NCBI GenBank assembly: GCA_041497675.1
Contig: JBGQGY010000079.1
Location: forward strand, 1 to 18,137
Length of the DNA: 18,137 nt
Direction: 5' to 3'
Origin: a bacterium
GTDB taxonomy: Bacteria; Sysuimicrobiota; Sysuimicrobiia; Sysuimicrobiales; Humicultoraceae
A program made the position numbers and the translations under genes. Shown here piece after piece: positions 14,991 to 18,137 of the stretch. Numbering within the stretch: position 1 is the first letter of the stretch; every line of letters starts with the position of its first letter. A model generated the notes under the pieces. That model saw only the letters and a list, made by a program, of their open reading frames with translations, was not told the origin of the DNA and ran no database searches.

Positions 14991-15932
14991 TCAGTAGCGG
15001 ATTCGGGGGTCAAACCAGGCATAGAGCATGTCCACCATGAGATTGATGAGACTGAAGATCATCGCGACAAACAGGACGCCTCCCTGAATCACCGGGTAGT
15101 CCCGCTGGTAGATGCCGTTCAGAAGAAACCTTCCGATGCCGGGCAGCGAGAAGACCTCTTCGATGATCACCGCACCCCCCAGAAGATGCCCGATCTGGAC
15201 ACCGATCACGGTGAGCACCGGGATAAAGGCATTCTTCAGGGCATGCGTGTACAGGACCGTGTGCTCTCGCAGCCCCTTCGCCCGGGCGGTCCTGATGTAG
15301 TCCTGCCGGAGGACTTCGAGGAGGGTCGATCTGACCATCCGCATCACAAACGCCGCCAAGGCGGTCCCCAGCGCGATAGACGGCAACAGCAGGGTCTGCG
15401 CACCGAGCCACGGGTTCTCCAGGAGACTGATGAACCCAATCGGCGGGAGCCAGCCAAGCACGAGCGACACGAAGAGGATGAGGATGGTGCCAAGCCAAAA
15501 GTTGGGAATGCTGAGGCCCACCAATGCCGTCACCCGGGAGATCGCATCGGCGATTCTACCGCGATTGACGGCAGCAGCCACGCCCAGGGGGACCGCGACC
15601 AGCAGGGCGACAATCATGGAGGCCATGGTCAGCTGAACCGTGACGCCGAACCTGGCAATGATATCCGGCAGGACGGGACGGCTGGTGCGAAGCGACGTCC
15701 CAAAATCGCCCCGCACCAAACGCCGGAACCAGCCCATGAACTGCTCGTAGAGGGGGCGGTCAAGACCGAAGACGCGTCTGAGCGTATCGATCTGCTCCTG
15801 ACTCGTCTCGGTCCCAAGAAGCAGTTGGACCGTGTCCCCCGGGATGAGACGAATCATCAGGAACACAACGATGGAAATCCCGACGAGGACGGCAAGAACG
15901 CCGATCAGGCGGTGGGCGACGTATCGGGCCAA
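14991..15932 (-). CDS. Peptide/nickel ABC transporter permease (DppB/OppB-like)
   Basis: LIPGD, GLDRPLYEQF, GDFGTS, SIPNFWLG, QDYIRTARAKGL, HALKNA, EEVFSLPGIG, RDYPVIQG, DPRIRY; TTG start. Confidence 0.95.
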   Translation of the reverse strand: MARYVAHRLIGVLAVLVGISIVVFLMIRLIPGDTVQLLLGTETSQEQIDTLRRVFGLDRPLYEQFMGWFRRLVRGDFGTSLRTSRPVLPDIIARFGVTVQLTMASMIVALLVAVPLGVAAAVNRGRIADAISRVTALVGLSIPNFWLGTILILFVSLVLGWLPPIGFISLLENPWLGAQTLLLPSIALGTALAAFVMRMVRSTLLEVLRQDYIRTARAKGLREHTVLYTHALKNAFIPVLTVIGVQIGHLLGGAVIIEEVFSLPGIGRFLLNGIYQRDYPVIQGGVLFVAMIFSLINLMVDMLYAWFDPRIRY

Positions 15933-15946
15933 TTGATCGTCAAGCT

Positions 15947-17515
15947 CTACCGCGCCAGGTAGGTCTCCACTAGGTACTGAAAGGTCTGATCCGGCATCGG
16001 CTTATAGCCCATGACTCCCGGACGATAGGCGATAAAGTCGTTCGGGTTGGCCAGGAACAAATTGGGGGCCAGCTCGATGATCCGCCGCTGGGCCTCATCG
16101 TACAACTGCTTGGCCGCCACACGACTGGTGAGCGTTGGCGCCCTCGCGGCCAGCTCGTCGATTCGCTCATCCGAGAAGTTCCACACATTGGCTGATCCCC
16201 TGGTGCTGAAGAAGAAGGCGACGGCTCGGTCGGGGTTCGTGCCCCCGTTATTGCCGCCGACCATCATGAGCATGGCCTTCCTCCGCCAGTTGTCCACGTA
16301 GACGCCGACTTCGAGCGGTTGGATCTCGGCCTCAATGCCAATCTTCTTCAGCTGGCTCTGGACCACCTGAGCGGACTCCACCTGCGAGGGAATCGTGGCC
16401 ATCGCCATGATCGTCGTCTTGAACCCATTTGGGACGCCGGCCTCCGCCATCAACTGCTTGGCTTTGTTGATGTCGGTCTTGTAGAAGGGATTGTCGGATA
16501 CGTCGATGGCCCACTCGGTCAGGGCAGAGGGCACCGGTCCGGTCAGCTTCGCATGGCCCCGATACACGATGTCGATAATCTCTTTCCGATCCACGGCATA
16601 ACTGACCGCTTGTCTCACCTTCAGTTGATTGAAGGGCTCGCGCGCGACGTTCATGCCGAGATAGCCGTAGCTGAGGGTTGGGCCACTCACGACCTTGATG
16701 GTTGAGCTGCCCTTCAGCGTGTCCAGGCCCGCCGCCGTCAGGACCGTGAAGTGAATCCTCCCGGTACGAAGCGCCGCAATCCTCGCCGACTCCTCTCGCA
16801 TGATGAGAAAGGTGACCTTGTCCAGGGCAGGCTGACCGGGGATGTAGTAGTCGGGGTTGCGCACCAGGACCGTCCGGTTCTCGGGACTCCACTCCTCGAG
16901 CTTGAACGGCCCGCTTCCGGCCGCGACCTTGTTCAGGTCGCCTCTGTTCTGCTCGACAATCTCTCTCGCCACGATCCCCGCCCATGCGCTCGCCGTATTC
17001 ACCAGGAAGGGCGCGAATGGATCTCTGAGGAGGAATATGACCGTGTACTTGTCCGGGGTTTCGATCTTCTCGACCACCGCAAAGAACGAACGGGCAATCG
17101 ACCCCGTCTCGGGATTGAGGATCCGCTCGTAGGTGTATTTCACATCCTCGGACGTCAGCTCGCGTCCGTTGTGAAACTTGACACCTTTGCGCAGCCAGAA
17201 CGTGTAGATCTTCCCGTTGGGACTAATGCGCCAGCGCTCCGCCAGATCGGGGCGAGGGCGCATCTCGTTGTCGAGCCGCGTCAGCCGGCTGTACAGGAGA
17301 TCAAAAATCCGGATCGCGGCAGACGCCGGGTTCTTGGCCGGGTCCAGCCCAGGAGCTTCTTGATCCTTTCCAACGATCAGTTCGCCGCCGCGGGGAACCG
17401 CAACCGGAGCGGCGGCCACCTTGGCTGGGGCGAGCAGTAGCTCCGGCGCTCGAGTCGAGGACGCAAGCCCCACGAAGAGAACCGCGAGGACCAGAAGCAC
17501 CCGGACTTTTGGCAT
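15947..17515 (-). CDS. Peptide ABC transporter substrate-binding protein (family 5, DppA/OppA-like)
   Basis: Signal peptide MPKVRVLLVLAVLFVGLA; LDPA; PDLAERW; YTFWLRKGVKFHNG; GSGPFKL; VRQAVSYAVDR; SD GGAGGTG before the ATG at 17515. Confidence 0.95.
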   Translation of the reverse strand: MPKVRVLLVLAVLFVGLASSTRAPELLLAPAKVAAAPVAVPRGGELIVGKDQEAPGLDPAKNPASAAIRIFDLLYSRLTRLDNEMRPRPDLAERWRISPNGKIYTFWLRKGVKFHNGRELTSEDVKYTYERILNPETGSIARSFFAVVEKIETPDKYTVIFLLRDPFAPFLVNTASAWAGIVAREIVEQNRGDLNKVAAGSGPFKLEEWSPENRTVLVRNPDYYIPGQPALDKVTFLIMREESARIAALRTGRIHFTVLTAAGLDTLKGSSTIKVVSGPTLSYGYLGMNVAREPFNQLKVRQAVSYAVDRKEIIDIVYRGHAKLTGPVPSALTEWAIDVSDNPFYKTDINKAKQLMAEAGVPNGFKTTIMAMATIPSQVESAQVVQSQLKKIGIEAEIQPLEVGVYVDNWRRKAMLMMVGGNNGGTNPDRAVAFFFSTRGSANVWNFSDERIDELAARAPTLTSRVAAKQLYDEAQRRIIELAPNLFLANPNDFIAYRPGVMGYKPMPDQTFQYLVETYLAR

Positions 17516-17546
17516 GCGACACCTCCGCAATTGTCGACACGGTCAC

Positions 17547-18137
17547 TTACTCCACGAACACGACGCGCAGCATCTCTTCGAGCGACGTCATCCCGTTGAG
17601 CACTTTGGATATCCCGTCCTGCTGGAGCGTCCGCATCCCCGCCGCGACCCCCGCCCGCTTGATCACGTCCGAGGCCACCTCTTTCACGACCAGGTTGCGC
17701 ACGTCGTCATCCATCACCATGATCTCGAACAGGCCGATCCGGCCCTTGTACCCGATGCTGTTGCACGCCTCGCACCCCTTCGCCCGATACAGGGTCGGCG
17801 GCGGGTCGTCCGGACCCGCCAGCCCGTACCGCGCAATGACTTCCGCCGGCGGTACGTACGACTCGCGGCACCGCGTGCACAACAACCGTATCAGCCGCTG
17901 CGCCACCACCCCGATCACCGACGACGACACCAGGAACGGCTCGATCCCCATGTCGACCATCCGGGTCACCGCCCCCGACGCGTCGTTCGTGTGCAGCGTC
18001 GACAGCACCAGATGCCCCGTCAGCGCCGCGTGGATCGCGATCCGCGCCGTCTCTTCGTCGCGGATCTCCCCCACCATGATGATATCCGGGTCCTGCCGCA
18101 GGAACGACCGGAGCCCGTTGGCAAACGTCAGCCCCGC
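17547..18137 (-). CDS. Type II secretion / type IV pilus assembly ATPase (GspE/PilB), C-terminal part; 5' end lies outside the window
   Basis: Frame is open from 18137: [26 protein letters not shown] (Walker B), [15 protein letters not shown] (His box), [12 protein letters not shown]...GCEAC..GYKGR (tetra-Cys Zn motif), TSLEE. Confidence 0.93.
   Translation of the reverse strand, partial: AGLTFANGLRSFLRQDPDIIMVGEIRDEETARIAIHAALTGHLVLSTLHTNDASGAVTRMVDMGIEPFLVSSSVIGVVAQRLIRLLCTRCRESYVPPAEVIARYGLAGPDDPPPTLYRAKGCEACNSIGYKGRIGLFEIMVMDDDVRNLVVKEVASDVIKRAGVAAGMRTLQQDGISKVLNGMTSLEEMLRVVFVE

Noticed and set aside
1..18137. CRISPR arrays, tRNA/rRNA, IS/integrase, defence or phage genes, recoding sites
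   Set aside because: No regularly spaced repeats, cloverleafs, transposase or nuclease motifs, or in-frame stops or frameshifts were seen by eye

Overview
GC-rich bacterial chromosomal window, densely coding, with about 20 CDSs. I recognised no tRNA, rRNA, CRISPR array, IS or prophage. Left to right: 3' end of a PotA/FbpC/MalK-type ABC ATPase (+); a Met-rich secreted protein with a Cys pair (-), followed by an intrinsic terminator; a hairpin-rich intergenic region hiding a 37-aa membrane peptide missed by the ORF track (+); DinB-like protein (+); acetamidase/formamidase followed by an MFS exporter (-); membrane-anchored TPR protein (+); VOC/glyoxalase followed by a type II haloacid dehalogenase (-). 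Next is a co-directional run (+): a polytopic sulfite-oxidase/MsrP-family molybdoenzyme with an internal twin-arginine motif, an OmpR/BaeS-type two-component pair, nudC, an orphan divergent mreB and a phosphotriesterase-family hydrolase. The window ends with a convergent run (-): PilB/GspE ATPase (partial), a Dpp/Opp-type binding protein, two permeases (no ATPase) and a cytoplasmic AmiE-like serine hydrolase. Most families are known. The best leads are all hypotheses: (i) an envelope Met-oxidation or metal-stress module (molybdoenzyme + TCS + Met-rich secreted protein with similar promoter boxes); (ii) a possible muropeptide import plus cytoplasmic amidase recycling unit; (iii) an mreB paralog with an altered phosphate-2 motif; (iv) a small membrane peptide with a sequestered SD.
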